Shown here: positions 14,480 through 25,505 of the stretch, one piece after another | How the letters are laid out: every line of letters starts with the position of its first letter | Position numbering within the stretch: position 1 is the stretch's first letter | Made by a program: the position numbers and the translations under genes | The notes under the pieces: model-generated | What the model saw: only the letters and a program-made list of their open reading frames with translations | What the model was told of the DNA's origin: nothing | Database searches by the model: none | NCBI GenBank assembly: GCA_002269645.1 | Contig: NIVC01000441.1 | Coordinates: 310,001 to 374,000, forward strand | Length of the DNA stretch: 64,000 nucleotides | Source: Macrostomum lignano | Lineage: Eukaryota | Reading direction: 5' to 3'

Positions 14480-14990
14480 GGCATAACTATGGTTTTGTTT
14501 GTTATATTATTTCTTGTTTCAAATTTGTTCCAGCGCATGTAGAAATGGCTGGACAACCATCAGCTCCTACAACGATCATTCCGGTAGGCAATATTTTGCA
14601 ATATTTTTGCCTGCGTCCGCCTGCAAAGCTGTGCCAACTGGACCTCACGATGAGAGACCTGGCAGCCGTGACAACAGATACGCTGGCTACTATTCATTGG
14701 TTGGCCACCTACAGGCTACTTGCCAATGAACAGTAGTGTGGATGCCAGCTGGGTGCTCAAATACATTTGCAATGCCGAGAAGGTGCCTAGTTTATTGATA
14801 ACTTGGCCTGGGCCTGCAAAGACTATCATGCCCAAGTTTCTATAAGGAAGGGATCTTTTTTGAAGCCAGCCATTTGACCCTGCAGCATCTTTTTTGAACT
14901 TAAAATAATATAACGAGCCATTTCTACATGCGCTGGAACAAATTTGAAACAAGAAATAATATAACTTACAAACAAAACCATAGTTATGCC
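14480..14990. mobile_element. Foldback/MITE-like element with ~72-bp inverted repeats
   Basis: 14480-14550 (GGCATAACTATGGTTTTGTTTG...CATGTAGAAATGGCT) is the reverse complement of 14916-14990 except for a short indel. No coding capacity and no clear TSD. Confidence 0.6.
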
Positions 14991-17340
14991 GCGATGCAAT
15001 ATATTAGGAATTTAGGACTTAGGTTAGAAGCTCCAAGTCAGAGCAATGTTAGGAGCAAATTAAAGATATAAGAATATTCTTAATTTTTTAACTTTTTTAT
15101 TAATGCCACTTGGCATCTTAGTATTCATTTTGGCATTGGGGTTTTTTAATTTTAGGTTTAAGACTGACCTTTTTAATTTTAATTAGGCTCTGTTGCAAAA
15201 GTTTTGACTACTTTGGCTATATAAGGCCTAGGCCTAATGTTCATGAATAAATAAAGGATAAAAAGCAAAAAGATGTCATACTATTCTACTAGCCATAGAA
15301 GTTAGTTAAACAAATTTAAACAAAAATAGGAAAAAGTTCTTAAACAAAAATGATTTAAAGAGCAAATGACAGTGCCTAGTAATGGAAAATACAAAATAAA
15401 AAAACAATTTTTAAATATAAATTTTGTAAGCTTTTGATGACTTGACCAATTTTTCTTTGTATTTATACAAATTAGGGCCTAGATTTATCAAATTAAATAA
15501 AAATACTAAAAAATAAGGCCTATTTTTTAAATCTCATTGGAGTTCTTATATATTAGGCCTAATAGGCCTATATTGGATAGATTAATCTATTATTATAAGA
15601 CTAAGTCTATGAGACAAGCAATTTATAAATTAGTTACTCAATTAGGCCTAGCTAGTATAAGATTAAGAACATTTGCCATTATAGCACAATGATAGATCTA
15701 AGATTTTGGCATTCCTTTGGTTAACAATCACCTCAAACAGTGACGATCACCACTAAAAACAGTTGTGAGACATAAAACCTGACGGTGGTTTCCAATGAAA
15801 AGAAATCAGAAGTTGGCGAACTGACTTTGTTTATTTTAAAAGATGGTAAGACTGTCGTAGCTTATATTTCACCTTCGGTTTACGATCACCTACATGTATT
15901 GCCTATTTAATTGAAATGATTGTGAACCAAAAGCTGGCTGTAGGAAAGCATGTCAAATTTAACAAATAGTGACATGCAGAAAACCATGCTGCTCATTCCA
16001 AATCGAGGGCATCAAAATCCCCCCATCTTTGGTTTACGATTGTCGATTGTTGTGTCACTACACGTGATCGTACCAGCTTCCTAAGAATATTCTGCAGCGA
16101 ACGAGCCTGAGAGTTGGCGTCAGCCCACTGACCGGACTGACTCCGCTACTGAGCGTGGGATCGCGTCGAGGTAAGGCAATCAGTCCGTCCCTAGAGCGTA
16201 CGGTACCCACTTTATACACGAGTCCCAAATGATTAATAAATACAGACGCGAGTCTTACTTATGACCACAGATACTATAAACACTAGATAGGCCACTCAGG
16301 CTAATTTTCTGGGCAAGTTTTTTATTCTACTTTCTGCTTAGTAGCAATGAAAGGAAGCAAAAGTATTATTTGCTAAATTAGACAAATCGAGTGACTGTTT
16401 TTAAGACATCGTTTTGCTAACGCCATAAACAACTAACTTGTTTTGTGCAGTAATGGTGTACATTAAGACGCGACAGACAGTGTGCAATGCCGCTATCTTT
16501 CAAAGTGGAGGAAGGGGGGTAGTCTGGAATAGGGTTAATATCAGTTTCGTATAAGGCAGGGTGAGTGGATCAATAATTTAGGCCTACTGGTGGTGGGATA
16601 GAAAATAAAGGACTGCACATAGCTAGCCTGGGTTAGGGGTGGGGGTTGAGAGGTTGTGGGTTAGAAAATTTGGGGGTGGCGAATCGTGCTTAAATACAAG
16701 CTTATATAGATGAACAGGACAAGAGTCAGAGTTAAAGAAAGTTCGAGTGCATACTAGCTTTTCTATCTAATCTTGTACTCGAGAAATGTTTTGATTCGAA
16801 CCACTGCTGTGCTCCCACTTGCACGAGCTTTGTACTAGTGCTATTAACATCCGAGAAAGAAAAATCCGTTGCGAATGCATTAATTACCAAAAGATGACAC
16901 TGGCGAAGCGCTGGCAGCAGCTACTGCAGGAGCGTGGATATTGACCTTTATAAACAATTAAATCACGGGGCCTCCGTGTGTTCGGCTTGCACTTTATGGA
17001 CGAGGCCTACTGCTGCCTTACAAAGTGCCACGGATGTGCAAGACATCTGTTTTCGCTGGGACGCAATCCCACACCAAGAGTTGATGCTGCCTCGGCTCGT
17101 TCAAATAGACCAGCAACCCTCTGTGCAAAGGACTGATAAACGATGAAGAGGCAGACGACATGTACCCTCCAGTGCTGGGGCCAATTAGCAATCTATCTGC
17201 AGCCGAGCCTGCGACTTGCCTGCTGCCAGTGCTGTGGCAGAGCAACCTTCGGCTACCAGATTCTGCGCCGAGAACAGCTGTTGCGGCTGAAAGCTCTCAC
17301 CTCTGCAGCCGATTCGCGGGTTCCAAGCGCTAGAGGCAAC

Positions 17341-18322
17341 GATCAAGCGGCTGCAGCAACGATCCCGAAAGTGACAGGCGAATCAAGCGGCTGCAGCGGC
17401 AATCCCGAAAGCGACCGGCAAATCAAGCGGCTGCAGCAACGATCCCGAAAGCGACAGGCGAATCAAGCGGCTGCAGCGGCAATCCCGAAAACGACAGGCA
17501 AATCAAGCGGCTGCAGCAACGATCCCGAAAGCGACAGGCGAATCAAGCGGCTGCAGCGGCAATCCCGAAAGCGACCGGCAAATCAAGCGGCTGCAGCAAC
17601 GATCCCGAAAGCGACAGGCGAATCAAGCGGCTGCAGCGGCAATCCCGAAAACGACAGGCAAATCAAGCGGCTGCAGCAACGATCCCGAAAGCGACAGGCG
17701 AATCAAGCGGCTGCAGCGGCAATCCCGAAAGCGACAGGCGAATCAAGCGGCTGCAGCGGCAATCCCGAAAACGACAGGCGAATCAAGCGGCTGCAGCGGC
17801 AATCCCGAAAGCGACAGGCGAATCAAGCGGCTGCAGCGGCAATCCCGAAAGCGACAGGCAAATCAAGCGGCTGCAGCAACGATCCCGAAAGCGACAGGCG
17901 AATCAAGCGGCTGCAGCGGCAATCCCGAAAGCGACTGGCAAATCAAGCGGCTGCAGCGGCAATCCCGAAAGCGACAGGCGAATCAAGCGGCTGCAGCGGC
18001 AATCCCGAAAGCGACAGGCAAATCAAGCGGCTGCAGCAACGATCCCGAAAGCGACAGGCGAATCAAGCGGCTGCAGCGGCAATCCCGAAAGCGACTGGCA
18101 AATCAAGCGGCTGCAGCGGCAATCCCGAAAGCGACAGGCAAATCAAGCGGCTGCAGCGGCAATCCCGAAAGCGACAGGCAAATCAAGCGGCTGCAGCGGC
18201 AATCCCGAAAGCGACAGGCAAATCATGCGGCTGCAGCGGCAATCCCGAAAGCGACAGGCAAATCAAGCGGCTGCATCGGCAATCCCGAAAGCGACAGGCA
18301 AATCAAGCGGCTGCAGCGGCAA
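17341..18322. repeat. GC-rich 40-bp minisatellite (~24 units)
   Basis: Unit AATCAAGCGGCTGCAGCGGCAATCCCGAAAGCGACAGGC(G/A). The 461-aa ORF simply cycles through the three frames of this unit. Confidence 0.95.
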
Positions 18323-18981
18323 CTCTCGATGGTCAAGGCAAGTGCAGCGCAGTCGTGCATCCATGGACTGTGGAGGCGTGGCTAGCGCAGCTTCCAGCGG
18401 TCGACTGGGCGGCAGGGCGCTCGCAGTCAGGGGTGCTCTGGTCAAAGGATGTCATTTCATCAGCAGCTCATTGCAGCTGCACCACAAAAGTCCTGCTGCT
18501 TATCGGCTGCCTGTTACGAAACCACTGAGGATTGGCTCTCCATCGGATACATCCCTGGACCTTGAAGTGGCGCATTCGCCAGTTTTTTTCATCTGTTGGG
18601 CCGTTCTGAATGCTGCCTCTGAACAAGGGCGACTGGCGACCCCCTGTTCTTCGACAGCACGCTGCGAGTTTCACAAACAGATGAGCTGATTAAGATGAGA
18701 AATCTTTCTATTTTGCTACACGAATATGGATTATGGAGTATATGATATAGCTCGTATTTGCTAAATATACAATAGTTGACTGCAATAATATAGCCTTCTA
18801 TGCAATCTAAAGCATTCACAATGTTGCTTTGAACTGTGGAAAGTATAATTATAAGTTTCTTTTTGCAAATAAAATCAATATAATTGCTGCATTGCATTCA
18901 TCTGTTTTTTTATTTTTAAAAAATATAAATAACGCTAAAATGTTTTTACTACTACTAAGCAGAAAGTAGAGTAAAGTGTCG

Positions 18982-20439
18982 TGTTGTGAAAATTAGCTGG
19001 AGTGGCCTATCTAGTGTTTATAGTATCTGTGCTTATGACTTCCAATCAGCACGGCGGTGTGCAAGGCGGCGAATTCAGTTGTATAGTAGCATTGAGATTT
19101 CGATATCACAGTTGAAGTTTATTGATTCTGTAGTGGCAGACGTCAACAGCAACCGATCACCTTGCCCACCGCCAGCAGTGATCTCTATTTATTTAGGCTG
19201 CCTGGCGTAAGCCCTAGGGTTTCACGCAAGACAGCATTATCAACAACCCAGAGCAATACCAATTTGTTGGCCAATCACCTTTGAGGGAGGGGTATAGTAG
19301 CGCATATAGCAAAAAAGGGGGGAATTGACAAGTGCTCAAAAAGGGGGGGCAGAGGGGCCAGGCCAGCCAATCCGGCTGGGAACGCATAATAAGAAAAAGG
19401 GGGGGGGGCAGATAATAAGGGGCTGACACACAACTGGGGGGGGTTTGGCGCAGTCAGAAAGAGGGGGGGGTGTCACGTTATTGGCGTGGTGACTACAACC
19501 CTTTAAAGGGCCGTTTTGACAAGAATTGTCGCTAGGTCGTTGTAGTCCAAAAGTAATTGTGAAGTCAATTCTTGCGAAGCGGATTGTGTAGCGGAGCACT
19601 TGGCGTATAAAGGCAGGGGACTGCCGTAAGCTAATTTATTATCGTTATTAATATGATAATTGATTAATGTCAATACAAAACGTATAGCGTTCTGGGGCAC
19701 TGGCGGCTGCAACAATGGTTTTGAATGTAATTGGAGTTATGAAGTCAGGTAGTTGACGAAAGATGCAGTGGCGACGCAACGTGGTGAGCGATGGCGGTGA
19801 GCACAGTGATGGCAGTGAGCACAGTGATGGCAGTGAGTAGCAAGTAGGCAGGCAGACAAGTAGTGGCGAGATTGGGCGTTAGCCCGTGGCAGTACACGGT
19901 GGAGTAAGAGTGCGTAAACAGGCTGGCCCAGACAGAGGGGGCCGTGGCGAGAGATAAGGAGGCACGAGGCAGACAGGAGAGAGAAGGAAACAAGCTGAGG
20001 CCACAAAGCGAGGAAAAGTGAAAAAAACCCCAGCCCGCCGCCAGGCGGGGTTAATAAAGGAGCGCAGGAGGGTTAACATAATATATGCGGAGAGTTATCA
20101 TTGGCTGGCGAGGGAAAAACAAGAAACAGAAATTATCGATCGCGCGTGACTCTACAGGCGTACGCAAAGCTTACAAAGTACGCAGTGATTTAGCAATTGA
20201 TACAGATTAGTTGCGCGCTACAACAAGTAAACGTGAGAATACACAATTGGAAATTTTTAAATAAGAAATTGTAACGAAAATTGTAGTCCAACGGCCCTTT
20301 TGCGGGACCTCCTTAAACTGGCAACGTCACAGGGGGGTTGACGCAGGCACGCGGCCGGGAGGGGTGGGAGTGCAGTGCCGGGCACACATGACAGAGAGCC
20401 AGAGATTGCTCATCGGTGCAAGTGCACCCAGGCACAACA
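18982..20439 (-). repeat. 3' LTR (~597 bp native, interrupted by an 861-bp solo LTR)
   Basis: Terminal inverted 7-mers TGTTGTG (18982) and CACAACA (20439). 19114-19470 plus 20332-20439 align with 25506-25955. The end at 18982 is inferred from the terminal inverted repeat only. Confidence 0.75.
19471..20331 (+). mobile_element. Solo LTR of a different element inserted into a G-run of the 3' LTR
   Basis: Begins TGTCACGTT and ends AACGTCACA (8/9 inverted match), flanked by G-runs, and absent from the 5' LTR copy. TATAAA at 19606 and AATAAA at 20053 on the plus strand. Confidence 0.8.
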
Positions 20440-20451
20440 CCCTCCCCCACC
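20440..20451 (-). promoter_or_regulatory. Polypurine tract (PPT) of the Gypsy element
   Basis: Minus strand GGTGGGGGAGGG directly abuts the TG start of the 3' LTR. Confidence 0.8.
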
Positions 20452-20570
20452 ACAAAAAGTGGGTTCATACCATAGACTAAAAATTATTTCAACAGGATTA
20501 CGAGAACTGACAAAACCGAAAGCATTAACAAAACAAAAGTCGGATTTAGCCCTGCACCCGAATCACCCCT

Positions 20571-21890
20571 TCAAAGTTTATAAAATTCACGCGCATTTGC
20601 AACTAGCTGAGCCAACAGGGAAAAGTCACGACGCACTTCCGGTAACCAGGCCGCCGCTGCCCGGACATCAGTCGGCTTCCCCGGATTCCCTGATAACGGC
20701 GCAGACGACGCGACGAGCAGGCGTTCCAGCGGTATCCTGTCGACTCGCTTGGCATGCCAGCGACTGTGCGTGAACCGAGCAGTGAACTCAAACTTGAGTC
20801 CCGGCAACGACGCCAGGTAGAGCTCAAGACGATCACCCGGCCAATCTGACGACTCGGTCACCAGGATGCGTCCGTTCTCAAAGCTGCACTCGACCAAAAG
20901 CCGTAAGAATTGATGCCAGGCCGTCCCATCTGACTCGATACGGCCGCTCCGTTTCTCGCGCAGCTGGACCAGCAGGGGTAGATCCCGCCCCTTTGCAAGC
21001 TGCACCTGTAGCCGCAATGCGGCCTTCTGCTGATCCCACTCAATCGTGCCCGTTCGCCTGTCCAGCTCCGCTTCTCCGATGGCTACTACCCTCGGCCACT
21101 CGCCCGCAACGAAACGCCGCAGATTTGCTTCTAATACAGGTGCGAGCGGCGCTGCAGCGGCCCTCAGGCCAAGCGCGAAGTGGACTCGAGTGTCTTCGAT
21201 TAGTCGAGCGGTTGCGGCATTCGAAGGTCGAAGATAGAATGGCGAATTTACCACCGTGACACAGACTTTCATGCCGTCTAGAAACAGACCACCGGCCCAT
21301 GCGTTCAGACGCAACAAGAAGGCGTGCGCATCTATCAGCTCGTCCGTCCGAGCTTCTTCCGACGAGGTCGCACTTCCCAGTAGGTCATCTGCAGCATCAC
21401 CGCCCAGATCCTCTTGCAGGCAGTCCAGGTCGAGGACGTCCGCGGCGTTGACCTCATCGACGCTCTTCTCCGCCCGATCTTCACACCCCTGGTCCGGGGC
21501 TACAAACACTGTTAGCTCGCGCAGCTTCGTTAGCAACACCCCACCGTCCAAGAGGTCACGCCTCTTAATACAGGACAACACGAAGCCGATCGATGCGGTC
21601 AGCGCTTCGTTTGACAAAACTCGACGGCCCCTTCTGGTCGACCCCTGGCGATGCTTCCGCGGCGACACGTCTGACGCGATGAAACTAAGCGCAACTCCTA
21701 TCGCATCGGACAACCACCTGCGGGGTTCTAGGTCTTCAGCCAAGAACAGCTTCTCTAGTCCTTCTAGACACTCCTGCGCCTGAGCAAGTCGACCAACTCG
21801 CAAATGTTGAGCCAGCTGGTTCCTCAGCTTGCGATACGAGGCTTCGATTACCTCCGGGACTCGCTGCGGGCCAGTGCGCTTGACAGTCAT
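20571..21890 (-). CDS. 439-aa protein: unknown helical N-terminal domain, acidic linker, and a TatD-like (amidohydrolase TIM barrel) domain predicted to be catalytically impaired
   Basis: TatD-like motifs: LIDAHAFL, RVHFALGL, VVAIGEAELD, QQKAALRLQVQLAKGRDLPLLVQLR, IPLERLLVASSAP, ANAREFYKL. The ORF is uninterrupted. Confidence 0.8.
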   Translation of the reverse strand: MTVKRTGPQRVPEVIEASYRKLRNQLAQHLRVGRLAQAQECLEGLEKLFLAEDLEPRRWLSDAIGVALSFIASDVSPRKHRQGSTRRGRRVLSNEALTASIGFVLSCIKRRDLLDGGVLLTKLRELTVFVAPDQGCEDRAEKSVDEVNAADVLDLDCLQEDLGGDAADDLLGSATSSEEARTDELIDAHAFLLRLNAWAGGLFLDGMKVCVTVVNSPFYLRPSNAATARLIEDTRVHFALGLRAAAAPLAPVLEANLRRFVAGEWPRVVAIGEAELDRRTGTIEWDQQKAALRLQVQLAKGRDLPLLVQLREKRSGRIESDGTAWHQFLRLLVECSFENGRILVTESSDWPGDRLELYLASLPGLKFEFTARFTHSRWHAKRVDRIPLERLLVASSAPLSGNPGKPTDVRAAAAWLPEVRRDFSLLAQLVANAREFYKL

Positions 21891-22315
21891 GACCCAGCCT
21901 CCCGGTTCGCGACTTCGGTTGGCAGTGAGTCAGACTCGCCTTCGTCATCACTGATCACAACGAACCCCATTCGCTCCAACCCTTCCTTCACTTCACTCGG
22001 GAAACTGACCCCTTGCGGGGGGCTGAAAAGCTGCGCGTAAGCCAGGGTGTTTGACATTGCTGCTTCTCCGAACTTATCATACAGCGCCCTGTAAAATGGG
22101 TCACTCAGGACAGAGTGCGCGAAAAATATTCTCTGAAACGCCTCTGTACCTCCGATGCTGACTTTGTCGGGGTGCATCGCCAAGGAGCGCTGCCGGAACG
22201 CCGACTTTATTTGCCTCTGGGACGCTGACCGTTCCACACCCAGCAGGTCGTAAAGATCCGACACTGCAATGGCAGGCCGATTCGGAACACGGGGTCTCCA
22301 GAGTAACTCTGCCAC
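21887..22315 (-). CDS. J-domain (DnaJ/Hsp40-type) protein; no in-frame ATG (GTG start or spliced)
   Basis: DLYDLLGVERSASQRQIKSAFRQRSLAMHPDK...AFQRIFFAHSVLSDPFYRALYDKFGE, with the HPD motif intact. Confidence 0.88.
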   Translation of the reverse strand: MAELLWRPRVPNRPAIAVSDLYDLLGVERSASQRQIKSAFRQRSLAMHPDKVSIGGTEAFQRIFFAHSVLSDPFYRALYDKFGEAAMSNTLAYAQLFSPPQGVSFPSEVKEGLERMGFVVISDDEGESDSLPTEVANREAGS

Positions 22316-22496
22316 TAACCCACGCGTACAGTAACCAGCTATTTGTACGAGCTATTATTTACCCATTACGGTACATAGCAGTTCCGAGCGCACTTGAGAA
22401 CTCTCACGTAGCACATATTTCTGACGATTTTTATTAATTTTTATTGTTTTTATTTGACTCAACGCCCTGACTGGGCTGCTCAGGTGCCCAGCTCAG

Positions 22497-25400
22497 TCAG
22501 TACAATATTGGGCTACCGAACCGTCGAGGCGGGACGCCCCTATTAGCACGAGCTGGGCGCCCTTGGTGTACCGGAGGAGGTTCCGTCTGACCTTCCGGGT
22601 GGGTCACTCTTCGAGCCCAAATGGCATCCGGTACGTAATCGTCATACGCAGCGGTCTGCTCAAGATCGGGCGTCGTCAGCAACGGGGGGTCGGGTGGTGC
22701 CCGGCGGGAGTGTCGCTCAGGGTCCCTGACCCTACCCTCTGCACGACGTTTTTCCCGAGCCGGCGGACGCCATTGCCTGGAGTTTGCGTCGACTTTCCTT
22801 AAGTTATTGTAATGGACGACTCTCGGCCTACGAGCCCCTTCGTGCATTATTTTGAAATTTACATCGGAAACTTTCTCTAAGACTCGCGCTGGACCTTTCC
22901 AGTAACGGTGGAACTTCGGTATTTCGTTTGGTTTTATCACCGGATCATCATACTCTAAAACCAGGTCTCCCTCTCAAATTTCAACGCCGCGAGCCCGACC
23001 GTCGTACATGTAGAACTCCTTCTGTTTCCGCTGGTAGGTTCTGAGGTTCTCCCTCACTGCCTCATGCGCCCGCTGAAGATTGTCAGCTAAGCGATGGGTG
23101 AACTCTGGGTAACTCTCAAATATCCGCTCACTTAAGAAATCTATATCAACAGGGAGCTGCATCTCTCGGGCAAACATGGTGTAATGCGGCGTGTATCCAG
23201 TGCCTCTGTGCACGCTTGAGCGGTATGCTAGCAGACTGCAGTCTTCTCAGTCCTTATTCTCTTGCTCTAACTGGCACATCAGCATGTGCTTCAGCGTGCG
23301 ATTGAAACTCTCTGCCTGGCCGTCGGCCATCGGATGATACGGTGTTGTTCGGCATTTGCGGATGTCTAACAGCGTGCATAGACTCTTCATCAGGGCCGAT
23401 TCAAAGTTTGATCCCTGGTCCATGACGATCTCCCGAGGGCAGCCGAACGATGAAATCCAGTGCGTGAAGATCGCACGGGTCACCGTCTTTGCCCTCTGGT
23501 TTGACCAACGTGACAGCGCAGGGCCACTTGCTGAACGAATCTTGAATAGTTAACACAAATCTTGACCCCTTTCTTTGACTTAGGTAGCGGTCCGACTATG
23601 TCGCACATAATTCTCTGACACTGCGCGGAGCTTGGGATCGGTTGGAGAGGTGCTTTGTTTCTTTGCCCTGGCTTGCACTTTGAGCACACGAGGCATGTCC
23701 GGCAGAACTCTTCAACCTTGCGGGACAGTCCCGGCCACCAAAACCGCTGTTTGAATTTCGCTTGTTTTTTTTAATTCCTAGGTGACAGCCGCTTGCACCA
23801 TCGTGTAAGATTTTGGCGACTTCCTCGAAGAGACAGTCAGGCAAGACTATTTTTTCCGCGAGGTGCCTGGAACTCGAATTAGGAAGAGTTCATCGTCCAC
23901 TTCTATCTGATTTCGGTGGGCCCAGATTTCTCTCATGGTTGGGCTGATGATTGGGTCTATCTGCGTGTCCTTCCATCTAAAAACTGCCTTATTCGTACCA
24001 GGGCTGGATCTTGACTTTGAACCTCCTTGAGATAATCTTTGTTTAGCAGCGAAGCCAGCATTACGTTTACCTGTTCTTTAACTAGGGGTGGACTGCTGCA
24101 TGTTGGGCACGAGTCTTGAGCCCAATGCCGTCGAACTTTCCGCGAAAGGCTATCCGCATTCTGATGGAAAATTACCTTCCTGTGCGAGATCTCAAAGTCG
24201 TAACGCTGCAGCGTCTCAAGCCATCTAGCACATTGCCCCTCGACGTCCTTAAGATTTGTCAACCACGAGAGAGCGCTATGGTCTGTCCGTATCTTAAATT
24301 TCCTTGCCAGCAAATAGTACTTGTACAGCTTTACGAAGTGAACTATCGCTAGGAGTTCTAGTCTGGTACTACAGTAGTTTCTTTCACAATCTGCCAGCGA
24401 CCTGGATCCATAGGCAATGACGCGCTCTGACCCATCGGGTTGGCATTGTGACAAGACTGCACCGATCCCAATCTTTGAGCTGGCGTCGGTGTCCAGCACA
24501 AACGGTCCAGCTCCCTCGGAAAAGTCTGGATAGGCCATGATCTCCGCTGATGTTAGCGATTGCTTGAGTTCGGAAAACGCCTGCTGTTGTTCTGGGCCCT
24601 AAATAAACTGTGAGTCCTTGCGCATGAGCTTGAACAACGCGGCTGCCTTTACTGAGAAGTCATTCACGGAATTTCTGTAGTAGGAGCAGAGGCCCAAAAA
24701 TGACTGCAGTTCTTTTATATTCTTGAGTGTGGGCCAGTTTCTAATTTCTTCTGTCTTCGCAGGATCTGTCGCAATACCTTCAGACGATACGACATGCCCT
24801 AAGAACTTGGCTTCCTTGGACAAGAAATGGCATTTCTTGGCTTTCAAACGGATCCCAGCAGTTCGTAAGCGATCGTAAACATGCTGCAGCCGCTCGAAAT
24901 GCTCTTTGTAAGACTTTGAAAAAACTATTATATCGTCGAAATATACAAGACAATCTCTCCATGTCAGACCAGCCATGACAAGGTTCATCAGCTTGACGAA
25001 AGTCGCCGGGGCATTTCTTAGCCCAAAACTCACATATCGCCAGGCGAACTGACCTCTATTTGGAACTACGAATGCCGTCTTAAGTTGGTCTTTAGGATCT
25101 AGCGGGCACTGGTGATAGCCTGAAGCCAAGTCTAGAGTTGAAAAAATAGCATTTCCTGCAAGTGCTTCTAAAGTTTCATCCATTCGCGGCGGCGGAAATG
25201 GGTCAGGATTGGTTACTTCGTTTAGCCGGCGATAATCCAGGCACAGCCTAATGGATCCGTCCTTCTTCCGTACAGGTACGACCAGGCTAACCCACGGGGA
25301 TTGACACTGGTAGATCCTACCGCAGTCTATTAGCCTGTCGATTTCTTTATTGATTTCTGGCCTTATGTGCGGCGGGATGCGGCGTGGTGGTTCTCTAGTT

Positions 25401-25500
25401 GGCCTGGCGTCCCCGGTGTCTATGGTATGCATTGCCTGGTCAGTTGAACCCAGCTCGCTATCGTCCTTGGCGAAGACATCTCTGTGAATGAGAATGAGAA
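22497..25500 (-). pseudogene. pol: Gypsy pol (RT - RNase H - integrase) with several frameshifts, 5' truncated
   Basis: RT (LCLDYRRLN, LDLASGYHQ, FGLRNAPATF, YFDDII); RNase H (LDTDAS, YCSTRLELLAIV, RTDHSAL, NADSLSR); INT zinc finger (HDGASGCH) and core (DQGSNFES, TTPYHPMADGQAE); C-terminal WKGP...VVHYNNL. Spread over about 6 ORF fragments. Confidence 0.92.
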
Positions 25501-25505
25501 TGACG

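Noticed and set aside
16070-16275. GC-rich exon with a GAG|GTAAGG donor and a possible ~100-bp intron
   Set aside because: No ORF or homology; cannot be supported without transcripts.
17143-18528. 461-aa protein-coding gene
   Set aside because: The ORF is a translation of a 40-bp tandem repeat through all three frames; no domain or splice support.
18468-18674. Homeobox-like QWFRNRQ motif
   Set aside because: Upstream residues do not fit helices 1-2 of a homeodomain.
21256-21783. 175-aa plus-strand Ser/Arg-rich ORF
   Set aside because: Antisense shadow of the GC-rich TatD-like gene.
20571-22315. Bacterial contamination or operon (dnaJ-tatD with ATGA overlap)
   Set aside because: The ORFs lie between Gypsy integrase and a PPT/LTR and are co-oriented with pol. 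An assembly chimera is not formally excluded without reads.
22974-24600. Programmed recoding to explain the pol frameshifts
   Set aside because: There are several breaks inside conserved domains; decay or consensus errors are more parsimonious.
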